64,000 nt of DNA from Paraglomus brasilianum (lineage: Eukaryota), in contig CAJVPI010000004.1 in NCBI GenBank assembly GCA_910592345.1, positions 1 to 64,000 of the forward strand, read 5' to 3'. A program made the position numbers and the translations under genes. Below, one piece after another: positions 22,868 to 37,255 of the stretch. Every line of letters starts with the position of its first letter. Position 1 is the first letter of the stretch. The notes beneath the pieces are model-generated. The model ran no database searches. It was not told the origin of the DNA and saw only the letters and a program-made list of their open reading frames with translations.

Positions 22868-25800
22868 GAGACAATCCAACGCTTGTATTTAGTACGCAAT
22901 GACTAGTTGGCAATTTTAAGTCAAAAATGTACAAAGAGACGTAATATAACTTTTGTTTTAAAGTTTGTTTTATCATAGCATGGGAATAATAGCGAAGTTA
23001 TTGACAAATATTACGGTATACTGACAAAAACAGAGAATGTACGACACATACCAATGGTTAAGCAAGCAAAACCATTACAACCACCATTACCATCACGACC
23101 AGCAAAGGACCTCGGTCGCCATGTAATAAAAAAACTACAGGGAAAGAAAGAAAAGAGCATTTCCCCTCTCTCGCTTTTTTCTGAACTCTTTTAACTATTT
23201 TTTAATTTTCTCTTGCGGGCATAGATAACCACTCCTGCTAAAAAAGCAACAGCTATCAGAGCAACTCAGTACTCCCAACGGTCGACCACCTTGTCTGGGT
23301 AGGTTTAAAATTGATATTTCTTCTGTATGCACTGGTGTAATAGTTATATAGGCCTTGAAGAATGAATATATTGAATTCCTTGTCGTCAGTTACGCTATTG
23401 ACAAAACATTCAGTCATGAGTTACTCGACATTTTCTATTGTCTTGGGGGAAGAGTAGGGAGAACGTAAAGATGCTCCTATGAAGAACCTGCTCCCTGTTG
23501 GGGTGAGAAAAAGAGCACTGACGATTAGAAAAGTATCAATCCTTTTCCAGTAAGTTGTACTTGGCATTATGTAACAAGAATATATGGATTGTGAACAGCC
23601 TTCATTAAAAATCCCTGAAAACGAAACTAATAGATTGTGATTATGTAGATAATAATCGTTTTATTAAAAATAATAAATGGAAGTTCTATGGGATCCCAAG
23701 CTTTGCTGCAAATGACAATCTAATATAAACATATATGTGTGTATATACAGTATATTAATGACAGATACGATAAATAATCTATTACATGCCGAGTTTTAGC
23801 CTGAAAAATAGATAACAAGCTGTTTGTTATTTAATCTAATTCAGGGCAGACAATGTTAAAAACGCACAATTATATCATTGTAAGGATAGCATAACCCTTT
23901 CCCCACTCTTTCTTACAAATGAAATTTCATTGTGTTGACGGGATTTCATCCGTATCGTCCTTTTTCTTTTCAGCCCAATTGTTTCCAATTGATCCGATTA
24001 TTCTCAGTGAAGCGAATGAATAATACTTTGTCTGGGGATTTAATTATCCTGCCATCAAACCTTGATAGTTGGACGTTACTCAATTGCAACCGCCCCTTAA
24101 CGATGTAAATTAAGTTTTCAGCGGCGACATTTTTGAGCGAATTATTGTAATCTTATCACAAATTAAATTTTCATATAATTACTCCTGCATACAACACACA
24201 ATATATCATAACAAACCGGGGCCTTTGTTGCGCAGAGAACCGCCTATTATGTACATGATGAAAGTCCATCATTGCTTTAAAAGGCAGAACATGGTCGCTT
24301 AATTTAGAAAAACAAGGTACTTTGAATGTAATCAATCGGGCCTAGATTCCAATACCAGAACCAACACTATGAGAAAGCGACATCCAACACAAACAATTTT
24401 TGCGATTGACGGCAAATGATGCTATTGTTGTCATCCATAAATCATTTTTATCTTGTAAATGACAATTGATGCTCATTTTGCGGAACACTGATTTTCCGCT
24501 TTGCAGTATAGACATAATGATAGTGAATCTGTATTATCATTTATTACATGTCCCAATTTAGTTATCAGTGCAACGAACCCAGAGTCATATAACTAAGGAG
24601 GATAATAATTGATAAGAAGAGCATTGTTTACTAATCATTGTTTGCTGTTTCTTGTAACGTTTTTCTACCACAGATAAAAGGCTGTAAAGTTTGAGACATG
24701 GATAGCAAGCAGCGGAAGCAATACGTTGATCTGTCAAATTGTCAGGATACTAAGAGTAGCTAAATATATCGCAGTACTGGAATTTTTATCCGGATAACAG
24801 CCTTATAGTACAAGTGTTATTTATTGCATACTTAATTAATATAAGCTTATTTTGATAATCGATTCAATAAACCACAGCGTGTGCTCGCAATATCCACCGT
24901 TTAGATAACTCGGTTGTCTGCATACGGATTACCGATAGACATATTTACGCGTCTCAAATATGGCTTCAAGAAGTGAAATACATTCTTCCTCTAACTAATT
25001 GTCATCGACTTGCAAGCAATTTGTCCGGATTTCTTTCAATTATGACTATGAGATATTGCTTGCCTTATTCTTTCTTCTTTTTGTGTATTAATATGGTCTA
25101 GTTTAAACCTTAGTGCACATGAACAAAGGCTTTTTGTTTTCGCAGTGAACAGTCTTCTTAATTCACCCATTACAATAACATATATATGCTCCGGTGTGTA
25201 ATAACGTCACGTGAACAGAGTTAAAAGAAGAAAAAATTTTGGCTGTGTGACTATGCGGAAAATCCGGCTCTTATTGTTGTCAAGGTGCACAATACGATTA
25301 TTCTATACATACCCGACTCACTCATTCACTCTCCTATTTCAGTAGGATAAAGGGAAGTCTTTGGAAATAATCGCATAATGCTAACAAAAGTGTTGCAAGA
25401 CAACATAATATACTACGTATCGAAAAAAGAATATGGTCAAAGTGTGGTTGAGAAGAAAGAAGTAAGGGGGAAAAAAAGCAAGAGATATTGAATGATGACG
25501 GGGGACATGGTTTGACTTGACTTGAACGGAGATGGACACAAGGTTTACCCATGATGTTCGCAATCATGCGAATGCAGTCGGTTGTTGCCGTGGCTGAGTT
25601 AGCACGCGGTAGAATAACCAGTCTTTGTCAATCAGAGTCTAAACCTAATTGAATGCGTTTGATTGAACAGGGCTTAGAGCATTGGCTGCATTGGCAAAGC
25701 AAAATAAAAACGCATATATTCTATAAAAATAAAGTTGTTGGACACAATAGCTGCATCGTTTTTGCAGATCTTGATGAGATTTCTTAAAACTTTTTAGATG

Positions 25801-26010
25801 TTTAATTGTTGGTCGATATATGGACAAATTACAACCTTATGTGATGTCATAATTGAAGATGAGATATGCAGATGCCTGTCGTATAATCTTTGTCAGCTTA
25901 AGTAACGTCCGAAGGACACATGGAAAGTCAAAACATCTATGGGTAAAATTATAAACGAGAAAGATATCGGATGGAATAGGATGATGGTGAATATATCAAG
26001 ATGTACACTA

Positions 26011-26049
26011 CAGTACAGGACAGGACAGTACAGGACAGGACAGGACAGT
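26011..26049. repeat. (CAGGA/CAGTA)n pentamer microsatellite
   Basis: cagtacaggacaggacagtacaggacaggacaggacagta. Confidence 0.85.
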
Positions 26050-27629
26050 ATGTATGCGCCTTGCGTCATCCATCGATAAGCAAAGAACATATCGACGACA
26101 ATGACAATAACGAATACTGGCGACTGTTTTGGTTGTGTGTATTTTTATTTACACAAATGCGGAATGGAATAATAAATAAAGTGGGGGTTTTTTTAAAAAA
26201 AATAATAATAATAAAAAAAAGAGTAAAGGGAAAAGACAAAGGGAAATGTCTGGTATCCAATAAGCGCAATATTCGCTGATATCATAAAAGATATTTTTAC
26301 ACAAGACACGTATTTAAACATCACGCGCGAAGAAGTCATGGGAACCCTGCATCAATGCAAGAGGGGTTTCATATGACATAAGATAATTGGGCACTGTCAT
26401 TTTCTGTGCATGCTTCGGAAAACGGACAATGAAAAATACACAGCATCGCATAGCACAGAAATAGCTGATACGAAGGCAAACATTGATATCAATCAGTTAT
26501 TTTCATTCATGCGCACGAGAGATAATCCTGCTTCAATGGTATGAACAAAGACTACTTATCAAACAATGGGCGTAAATCTCCGACATCTATCGTTAGAAGT
26601 TGAGAAAACTGGAAAAAAAAAATTTTTTTTTCCCTTCTTCTAGAATAGGTATTGAGTCACAAACAAATATTCGCGTTTGAGCGGATTGGATGCTAGTTGG
26701 TCGACGAATAGAGCAAAACGCATGTCGAGGTGCTGAGGAAAGTGCTTGCAGACAAAGAAAGCACATATCAGATGATGCTTGCGTCCGCTTTTGTTATATT
26801 TCTGATTGATTGAGATTAATATTCACTTATATATTATAGAGTAACAAGAACACAAAATTGTTCGTATGCCTAATGTCTATTTTTATATTGAAATCCTAAC
26901 TCGTGCGTCTAATCTGCTGTATTCGTTTTAACCCTTTCCCCCACCCATAACTTTGATAGTTACTCGCCCCACACCAATATTACTCCTGTCTAACAATATA
27001 TCCAAACAATCCTTTTTCTCCTTCAAACATTTTTCCGGCTTCTGGCCAACAAACGATTTTCCACTGTTCTCTCGAAATAAACGTTCAAAACAAATAATTT
27101 GTCATACTGCATGAAATGCTTAATGAATCACAGACACTGTTTATACAAATGATGATAAATAAGTCTGCACTTCATGCATCGGAAGAAAACTGATAGGCTC
27201 TCAGCTATATGGAGCAACTCATTGACAAGAGTTCTAGGGCAAGGGAGATCCACGATCTAGACCCAGCGAAAATTTTTTCATTATAAATTAGAAAATCCAG
27301 TGTTAAATTTAACAAAATAATAGGACGATTATGTAATACGAGCAAGCTAAGGGCTAATGACTCCTACAAACGTAATACGTTAGACGATATTCTTAGCAAT
27401 AATGACTATCGCCACTAAAGCGCCCAATAATAACGACGTTTTAGATACATCCCAACAGGTGAATTACCAGAACCTTGCACACAATAAGTTGTCATAACAA
27501 AAACCGTTCAGGAAAGGAAAAAATCTCAATGCGCAAACAGCGCATCCTACGGAAGAATTAAATCTTTGGTACGTCCATACAGTATACAGACAAATGGCAG
27601 GTATCAATCTAACATATACCTGTTTTTCG

Positions 27630-27757
27630 TTGTATATGTGTATGTATAGGTTGTGTGTTTGTATATACGTTGTGTGTATACGTTGTGTGTGTATGTATAT
27701 ACGTTGTGTGTCTGTATATGCGTTGTGTCTGTATATACGTTGCGTGTACGGTGTGTG
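27630..27757. repeat. Degenerate GT-rich minisatellite (CGTTGTGTG..GTATATA units)
   Basis: About six imperfect copies visible. Confidence 0.8.
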
Positions 27758-30700
27758 ATATATTGATTACACAACACATCTATTGGCACAACACTTATTC
27801 GTCTGTGTCATAGTTATGCTGTCACATAGTCAAATAATATTAATGATATCATATGTTGCTACTAATGGAGCACATACCCTGATATCGTGACCAAATTTTT
27901 CAAATTTCTCATTATTGTCACACGCATTCGTCTTTTTTATCACGCTAAATATTTTTCGTTCGTTGCAATCCACATTATTATATCCTATGAGGATCGCGCG
28001 TCCAGATCAATCTCGCGCATATTTCATCCAATGGGAAGATCCATCTATGTGTGAGATTTGATATGTGTGAGAGGGGAGAGGTGGATGGCTGAGTGTGATG
28101 CATGGTTGGTGATAATACGAAGGTATATGTAAATATGTGATTTACTTATGAAGAAAAGTGCTCTATTAAATTGAATACATCTCATCTACTTGGCCATAAT
28201 TAAATAAAATGAATTATTGAATATATATATGTACAAGCGTTGTAATAATATGGGAATCATACACATTGTTTGTCTGAGTAAACGAATCACTATACTTCTT
28301 TTTTTCTCTTTCTTTCTATTATTATTATTATTATTATTACTTCTTTCTTTCACTGCTTCGCCAACACTGCGCCTGCCTTGTGGACCAAAGAGGGTTAAAT
28401 TGCTTACACAAATCAAGCGTGTATATGTGTATTGGTGTATTTTACAGCATAACGATGAATAAGAGTGTTCGGGTTGGTTGTTTGAATGTGTGTGTATATG
28501 GCTACGTAGCAGTCAATAAAAGTCTGGCAAATGCTAGGTGGGTGATATTGTTTTAAAGAGGGTGGACAAGAGTGCGGACGAGTGGTCGGACAAGAAGGCG
28601 GACAAGTCGGGCGGAGTAGGGAGCATACATAATATGCAAAACGAATATGCAGTCTTCTAAATCAATACAATAACGTTTTGGTTTAGTAATCATAAAAGAA
28701 TGACAAGTTATTTCATACTATTGAACTATAATAAATTAATCCTTTTACTGTACGTCACTTTTAAACTGATCGGATATATCGGATTAATTTTTTTATGGAC
28801 CTGCATTGCAGGGACAAAACGGAGGTAAGGAGAAGAGTGTCGAGTACGGGAGGAGGAAAAATGTCAGAGAGTTGCCATGTGTAAGATTACAGATGTCATG
28901 AGTAATATTTAAGTATGTGGTGTTACAATTAATATATAGTAAACTTAAGGTTCTCGAATATACTTTTTTTTATTTGGTAATTATTATCATCGTCTATCCG
29001 CTTTTGTCTATTCAGTCTTCTCTCAACATTCCTTTTTACGCTATTAAATGTTCAACACGATTTGTATTGGTAACATTTATGTAGTGTGTTCCCCGATATA
29101 TATTTGATACATTAAACATGTATTCAATTAACTGATTATAATTAATATAAACGGCTTAAATTAAGATTCACAGACATTCAGGGTTTTGACATCTTTAGTC
29201 TAATTAATATACTCTGCACAATACATTTACAACAATACCACATTCAACAGTTTTACTTTATGTCTGCATAATTTCGGTCTCTTCAGATAGAATAACAATA
29301 ACCAACCGAATAAACGCATTTATACTCCCTGAATAATATTCCTTTCAGTATGGAAAATCTGTCTCATGAATTTGGTTTAGTCTTATTTTAAGGTTGCTCG
29401 GTCTTTTTTTTTCTCCCCTATAACTGTGCGCAACAAATGATAACTCGCTGGCAGGAAACCTAATTTGCGTTTGATGTAACGTGTCCCAACGTAGGTTGCT
29501 CCAGACTATAATGAATGGGGAAATCTTATATTATTTGTGTCTGTGTGCTTTGTTTATCTTGATTAAATATAACATTGATATATGTTTACATATTCGTCTG
29601 CTACGACATTTACCTTATGTTTATAGGAGAACCCTGCATTTTACACATTCCTTATGCAAATTAGGTACAACGGCGTGCCAATTACAGCTCGACGATGATA
29701 ACATTTTATATAACATATTTGCAAAACATGGGTGTTTAAAAAACACATGTTTGCGTCGAACTGCCATTAAATTCCCTGGTTGATCGCTGCTGTCTGATTG
29801 GCAAGTAACCCGTACATAAGGAAAAAGGTGAAAGAGCCCTGGATGAGTGACGAGAAAGCCAAGCCTACAATTTTATTCAAGCCCCGCCCACATGTTTCTG
29901 GTTTGGCAACCTGTATTATGTATGGTTGCTGTGTATGAGAACGAGTTGGAGACATATACATATACATACTACATATAATATATACGTATATACATATACA
30001 TATACACATATATATACATACATACATCGGTATATTTTCTACAAAGAGCATGTCAGTCATCACAAAATATATATCATAAATAATATTATTCGTAAACGGC
30101 ATATGGTGTAATAAATTATTAAAGTAGAAACAAATAATGAATGTATTAATATAAATACATTGTAAACAGTATGGTAGCACTGAACGAGTAAGATGCTGTT
30201 AATTTTATTTGTAATTCAACAGTGCGGTCTAGAATATCGACCGACTCTACAAATGCATGTAATAACATGGCTTTTTTTTTCCTACATGACAAAACAAAAC
30301 AACACATAAAAAACAGTCTATCACCACGCCACGCTAACCTTTACGCTCATCCTTTGCACGTTTTTCTTATCCAATATTCGACCTTGTTGCTACCTATGCT
30401 TATCCCCAAATATATGCCATTTAAATCCCCTCATCCAACTACCAATCGATTGTCTTGCGTCATTGTTTGTTTTCTTATAAGGTATATTAACTAACAATTA
30501 ATTCATTGAACATCTACGGTCTGTGTTACTAGTCAGATAGCAAAATCTTAACCTTAAAGCAGACAACAACAACAACAAACATGTTATCCCGGCAATAATT
30601 GTGACATTGGTCCAAATGTCAGATAAGAAGATCATTGGTATTAAGTTTCAGCAAGTAAAAAATATTTGCATGTGTATATGTATGTGTGCGATGTTGTTGA

Positions 30701-31279
30701 CGTGGGAGGGCAATTCTTTTTCTCTCCATTTATCACGCAATTATACAGTACCACCGCAACACATAATGATTGTTCCGTGTTGTGATACTTGGTTTCGACT
30801 TACATTTAATTATAAGCATATAAATTATCGTTATATAGAATGTACCCCCCCTGCGATTCCTGTTCGTAATCGTGTTATCACAACAACTCAAAAAAATTCC
30901 TTATATCAAGGCTGTCTCCACGACAAATTCTTCCCCCATCAAAAAAAAAACCAACTCTCATCTAGAACACAGGAAATATTCCAACAAGAAAAATTACGTC
31001 TAACCAAATATAAACCTAACGCGAGTCATAAACAAACAGGTTAGTGTTTATCTCGTAATAAACCCTCCCTCCTGCCCTCTACTACCCAACCCCCCCCCCC
31101 TTTCTCCCTTTCTCTCCTCTCTTATGCACACACATAAGCACACATACACACAAAATACGTAGACCTATTGTTTCTACTGTCAAATCAGATACCTTTCCTG
31201 TTCTCTTGTTCAATTATTTCTACCATCCTTCTACTTTACATATTTAACTTCCCGGTTCTACACCTTTAGCAATCACGCA

Positions 31280-32852
31280 ATGGATATCATAGAACTTATT
31301 CATATGGAATCCTGTCATAGTGAAAGTCGTCCCTTTCATTGTACATGGGAAGGATGCCATAAAGCATTCTCTCGAAGATCTGACCTTGCAAGGCATAGTC
31401 GTATTCACACTAACGAAAGGTATGTGTCAAAAAAAATTGTTTGTGAAGAATGGAACAATGATTGAGCATAGAGCTTTTGTGCCATTTCTTTTTCTTCCTC
31501 TAAAATTACTCTTATTATATTCTCCATACATACTTTCGCAATTTCCATTCTGATCGCTTTCTTCCCCTTTTTCTGATATTCCTTATAAAACTAATGCATG
31601 AAATCTTATTTCCACTTTTGTATATTAAGACCCTTCGCATGCACCAAACCTGGTTGTGGAAAGAGTTTCATTCAGGTATATATCATAATTTTTTTTCATA
31701 ATAAAAAAAGACTAGTCACGTGAACAATATCTTGCATATCGGACACATTCTATTACAATAGCTTCTTTGCCGTTTCAACAAAATGCATCAATATCCCTTC
31801 CCCTCTCATCCCATGTTACTAACACGACGTCCGATCATCTCCCCCAAAAAAGCGCTCGGCATTAACCGTACACATGCGAACACATTCTGGAGAGCGACCA
31901 CACGTTTGCGAATACCATGACTGTAAAAAAACATTTAGTGACAGTAGTTCACTAGCCAGACACCGACGTATTCATACGGGGAAGAGACCGTACAAATGCA
32001 CTATACCTGGGTGTGGAAAGAGGTGAGTGGTGTTTTATTGCAGAGAAAATGGTATTCGGCGCGCAAACAGCAAGACAGCATTCTATTATTCGCTTCTTTC
32101 TTGCTTTGCTTCTTCCCAATTTCGTAACTTCAATTTCGTTTGCCCTTATCTTCAACTTGAATCTAACGCCAAGTTTCTGCTTCTCATTCTCTTCATGACG
32201 CAGCTTTTGCCGGAAAACAAACCTGACTAGACATCATCGTCGCGAACACATTCTTTCTGTGAAAACCGATCGATCTGTCGTCTGGCGGCAAGTTAAAGCA
32301 TCAACAATTCCGACACCTCTATCGTCACCATCCTCGTCATCTACTTCATCACTGAGTACGCCAACGACACCGACGCTTGCCTCGGTGAATTTCGCGACGG
32401 AAAAGAGAGGAAGAGACGAGAATAACGTTGTCGATATAAATAACGGTTACGCAATCCATCGTCATCACGTGCCAATACGTGACCATTCATACCACACAAC
32501 TACCGCTAATACTTTGGCTTCGATTACTGCCGACCCATACCCATCATCCTGCGGCTTTAGAAATTGTGCTCTCCTCACATCCGCATCTCCGTCGTGTAAT
32601 TCACCAGCAGCACTGCATCCGCGCCTCCCACATCCAAAGATGTACTCGCATGAAAACGAGAATAGGATATACTCGAACGTACACGCCAATGTAAATCCAA
32701 ATGGATATGCAGATTCAATTTCAACTGGGTATTCATATTCTCATACACCCAGAGCATGGCATACAGATAAGATACACGCGACAACAAGAGTCTGTGCGAA
32801 ACAGTCAGAGTTTGAGGGAATCCATAACAGTCTTCGGTGGACAGGCTATTGA
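31280..32852 (+). CDS. C2H2 zinc-finger transcription factor with four fingers; exons ~31280-31419, 31630-31675, 31853-32022, 32204-32852
   Basis: Spliced product [118 protein letters not shown] with canonical linkers, then a Ser/Thr/Pro-rich tail. Confidence 0.92.
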
Positions 32853-33432
32853 TAAAATTATAGGAGACACACGATCACATCTCACATCAAAAAAGAAACA
32901 TCTGTGGACATTTTGGAGTAGTGTAGAGAAATTCCGAATATTTGGAGTTCTCCTATTTTACTATATGACATTATATTGGGTGGAATGATGGGAATTTCTA
33001 TAAATATCTTTTTTTTTGTACAAAAAACACTGCGAGAATTCAAAAAAAAAAACTTAACTTTTTTTATATAAGTTATTACATATCAACTTTGTTTATTTTT
33101 ATATTTAAAAACCTGCCTTGTTGTGAATATAACTTCTTCAATTAAACTTATCAGATGATGATGGCATCGGACACTTTTGTAAGATAAAATCTGTCTATAA
33201 ATGAACAAATTAAAAAAATGAACTCATACTTTACCGATTATTCATATAACTGACATCAACAACAAAACATGTTAGAATCTGCTGTGTTAGTGATGTTAAT
33301 ATGTAGCGTGTGATGTCTCGTTTATTAGCTGAAAAACCTACTACGAGTAACAAGCACGCACAAACAGACTTCTTTACACAAGTAACAACCTCGAAAATAT
33401 TATATCAAATTTGCTTTTAATCGTAATCCTTA

Positions 33433-36239
33433 TTAGCACATGGGTCCCGCAAAATGCTTAAAGTTTATGGATATTTTTCTCTTTTTGTTTTGCGAGCAAG
33501 GATTATCCTCTTCCATTCCACGACCATGATGATGCGGTGGCACTATGTCATACATGTTGACTTCACGTGACTTTAAAATGATTAAAAATATTAATACTAA
33601 TACTCGATACTAATACTAATACTAACAAGTATGAATAAATTCTCACATTGTCGGAAGCCGGACTTGGAATTGCGTCTATGTGAGAAGACTTCATCTCTCC
33701 ACATGAACTCTCGTCCGTCTGCACACAAGTCGGTGCCATATTCTGACCTTCATCCGCAATTGTCAATTCATGCTCCGTACCATCTTTGATCCGTTCATCT
33801 CGTCCTTCAAACTCGATAAACCACGCCTCAAACAAATTCTTACATTCACCACTCCTCACAACTTCATATGGCGAAGTACCTCTCTTTCTACCTGACCGCC
33901 TCACAATAAATCCCTCCTCGGCCAACATTTTCTGCAACGTGCGTGCAACAAACGGTTTCACCCCGAGGTTGAGCGAGAATTGTTTGCATGTCGATGGAAA
34001 CCCAGAACACCAGATTTGGTAAAGGGCACGACGGTAGAGAGCTGATATTCCTAACGAACGAATAGCGGAGCAAAGTTTGGAGGAGGTAGGGCAGGATAGC
34101 TGTGGAAAGGGAAGTGACGAAACCGATGAATGAAAATAAAGGGGTGGAGAGACACAGCCGACACAGACGTGCAAGTAGGATAAAGGCGTGACTTGGTTTG
34201 GTGAAAAGTAGCCATAGCATGGGAAGTGTGAATTGGATCTGCACTTTTTGCAAGTTAGCTTTGCGGGAATGGTAGGAAAAAATTGAATCAATTAAAAGTT
34301 GACAAATCATTATGGAAAATAACCGATCTACAGTATTACCATGAGTTGATCTAACGAATTTACGCCACAAATACAGCGGCATTCTCTGCTATCCCACTTA
34401 TCTCCCGTAATCTGCGTCTTTTCTATCTCACTAGTATCCATATCTATTGATACGATTTTTACGCTTTCCTCTTTTTCATCTTCGTTTTGCTTCTTTTCCG
34501 CAATCTTCTTTTCATCATTGACATTCTCCTTGTCCTTTTCGTGTCTCGTACTTTGGCATATGGGTTCTACATGACGTAACGTGGTTTCGCGTGGCGGGGG
34601 ACGGTTTGACAATGATGACGTTAGTACTGAAGACGAAGGTAATGATGACGTTATTGTTGATGATGACGTCACTGTCTGATTGTAGTGCGTTTTCGTTGGT
34701 GTGCTAGCAACAGTTGGAGTTGAACAGGCTCCCAGAAGGTCCAGTTTTTCTTTTCTGTTATTCACTATATTCGTATCTACTGCACGTTCATCACCATCAT
34801 TATCGAACGCATCAGGCACGGTCTGTATCACCAACCCTATACTACATAAATTGACGTATAAAAAAGTTAATAATATACTGTACGTTATTATAAACAGGCT
34901 TCGTTTTAAAAACTCACTCGTGATGTCCAGTTTTGATTTGTCCAACTATAGATTTCTCGAGTCTTGTCTCCATATTGCTTGGATCACTAGCAGGTCGAAA
35001 GAATGGGGGTTCGTAATCTCGCGGTGTGATTTGTTCGTAGTAATAAAGTTTTATTGTTAGGTAGCGCTTATCTGCAAAAATTGTTGGTTTAGTTGAATGA
35101 GCCAGAAAAAAAAATGAAAGCCGCTGCTGCCTGTTGGGAAGCGAAAATTCCCGTAGGGTTCAGGGAGAAGATAGGCTTACCCGGAAGTGGCTTGATCAAC
35201 GAAAGAAAGAATAACGTCAGTTAGGTGCAAAGTCTTTAGCATCGTATAGACAGTATGCATTGACTATGCAGTATATCATCTCACAAAACCTCCTCTGCGT
35301 GATAATCCTCACCTTTAGCGTCTGTGTCAACAAAATCAATCTCCTCAGCAGTTGTTGTGTACTCTTTTCAACCTCTTCCATACCTGTACCTAATACTCCA
35401 CAGTCATTTTCTATTCTCAGAAAAGGCTCTCCATTGACATAAGATACCGTGAATGTGTACGATTCTACGAATTTATCAGGTTCATTGGGATCAAGGGATA
35501 TGCCGAAAATTACTGAACGAAGGTAATGTCTAGAGAGAGCGTCGTAGATTCCTTTTTCCTTTTGGGGTGAGAAGATATGAGTAATATAGCCTGTACATGC
35601 ATGAATTCCATATAATTCATACCAGCCAATCTAGAAGCGAGTTAGCTTCTCGGTTACAGTCACGTTTTAAGTGTTTCAGCACTAGGCCTTTAATAGAGCA
35701 CTGTTAGATAGATATGCGTTTATGCTATTTACTAATCTCAATACAATGCTTACTTCCTACTTGATAGTTTTCGTAATTCTCTTCTGGGAAGAGGTCTCTG
35801 TCACGGGGAAAAGGTATGTGAGCATTATTGTGTACGTATTGTTACATATTTAGTATGTGGTTGTATTGATATCTGTATCTTTATCTATATTTGGTTGTGT
35901 TTACGTTAGTGTTTGTGTTTGTGTTTGTATCTGCGTCCGTGTTTGTGTTTGTGTCTGCGTCCGTGTTTTGCTGTATCTGTATCATGTCTAACCTTTTACG
36001 TTACTTGAGTTGTCATATTTCTGTCAATCTACCTTAAATATGTAATAGAACTTAGACCTGTCTTTAGTAATTGATGTACGATGGTCAAACTTTGTGACGC
36101 GTTGATTATTTCTGTCTCGAGCGTCTGGAGGAGGATCAAGTTTACAAATGATAATCCATTGAGTTGTTGTCATTATATGCATTAAATATGATTATTATAA
36201 TCCATTAAATGTACATACTTGAGCGAGGCTTTGAGCCAT
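33433..36239 (-). CDS. hop1: Meiotic chromosome-axis HORMA-domain protein Hop1 (HORMA, PHD finger, winged-helix-like region, C-terminal closure motif); ~10 exons
   Basis: LKTGLSSITYLRDLFPEENY, LLDWLEKGIYDALSRHYLRSVIF, ESYTFTVSY, LLRRLILLTQTLKPLPDKRYLTIKLYYY..TPRDYEPPFF, VGQIKTGHH; PHD CICG..CKKC..HFPCYGY..CVGC; terminal KKRKISI. Confidence 0.9.
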
Positions 36240-36725
36240 GATTCAATAATACCAAAATTTCAACATGGCCGCGTCTCCATAGAGTATATATATATCATGC
36301 TGATGTGTAATTTATGACCGACATGTCCGATAACCTTGTCGTTATGCACAGACTATTCGCATTCATATGGCGATATTCCTCCCGACCCGACACAGGCAAT
36401 CATCTCAGCCGCTTGATTTCCCACATTTATCTTGCATATTCTTCGGCATGCTTGCCTCTCCCACGCACGTGACACCAGCCAATACCATCGATATCCATAC
36501 ACTATTCCATATGCAGACCAATGACTGTCAAAATCACTCTGATGTCATTGTGACGCCTATTGGATCTGCATGATGCAATAAGGAGAATTATATATAAAAA
36601 TACATATTTATAGACAAATTTGAATAATTAAACGAATTAAAAGGCCTTTTTTTTGTTGCATATCCGCTTACAACACACCTTAGAACGTTATTTACTCGTG
36701 TGCCGTGTCTATTTTTCTATACAAA

Positions 36726-37255
36726 ATGACTTCTCTTGGCAAGCGAAACGAGGAGAGAACGCATGAAGGTATGACTAAAGATATGAAGAGATAGTAAAGC
36801 ATAAACAAGGGACTCAAGTCATTAGATATTATTATAAAAAACAGCATGTTTCTAGAGAAATGCTCGTATAATAATTATGACAAAATACATATTACGTCTT
36901 TCTACACTTGCATTTTATTCGATTACATAACAGAAAATCAAGAACGAGCTTATATTGCGGCCTCTCATCGTGGCGTATGCTATCCACAATGTCTTTGCTG
37001 CGCAAGTTTCATTTGTCTTGTATATTCACCCTATTTGATGCCGACTTGTAGGATCGGAGTCTAGAAGCTCGTATGGAATCCGCTCGTAAGGCATCCGAAA
37101 TACACAAAAAGCGGACTGGGAAAGCACTCCGTATTACCGAAGATGATGTTCGGAATGAGGAAATGTACCAAGAGATTGATGAACCAGAAGAGACACGTGA
37201 ATCACGTCGACATGGAGAGACTTCAAAGCGTCAGGGTGGGTCGGCCAAGAAATAA
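36726..37255 (+). CDS. Small (~95 aa) charged fungal protein of unknown function; exons 36726-36768, 36934-36974, 37052-37255
   Basis: GT-AG splicing gives MTSLGKRNEERTHEENQERAYIAASHRGDRSLEARMESARKASEIHKKRTGKALRITEDDVRNEEMYQEID..., matching a motif I recognise from uncharacterised ascomycete proteins. Confidence 0.85.

Noticed and set aside
20325..31044. Many 60-150 aa ORFs in the long intergenic region
   Set aside because: Low-complexity, microsatellite-derived translations with no domain or splice support
35001..35012. Possible frameshift in hop1 at the G5 run
   Set aside because: Five G's give GAA CCC CCA TTC (EPPF) and keep the frame
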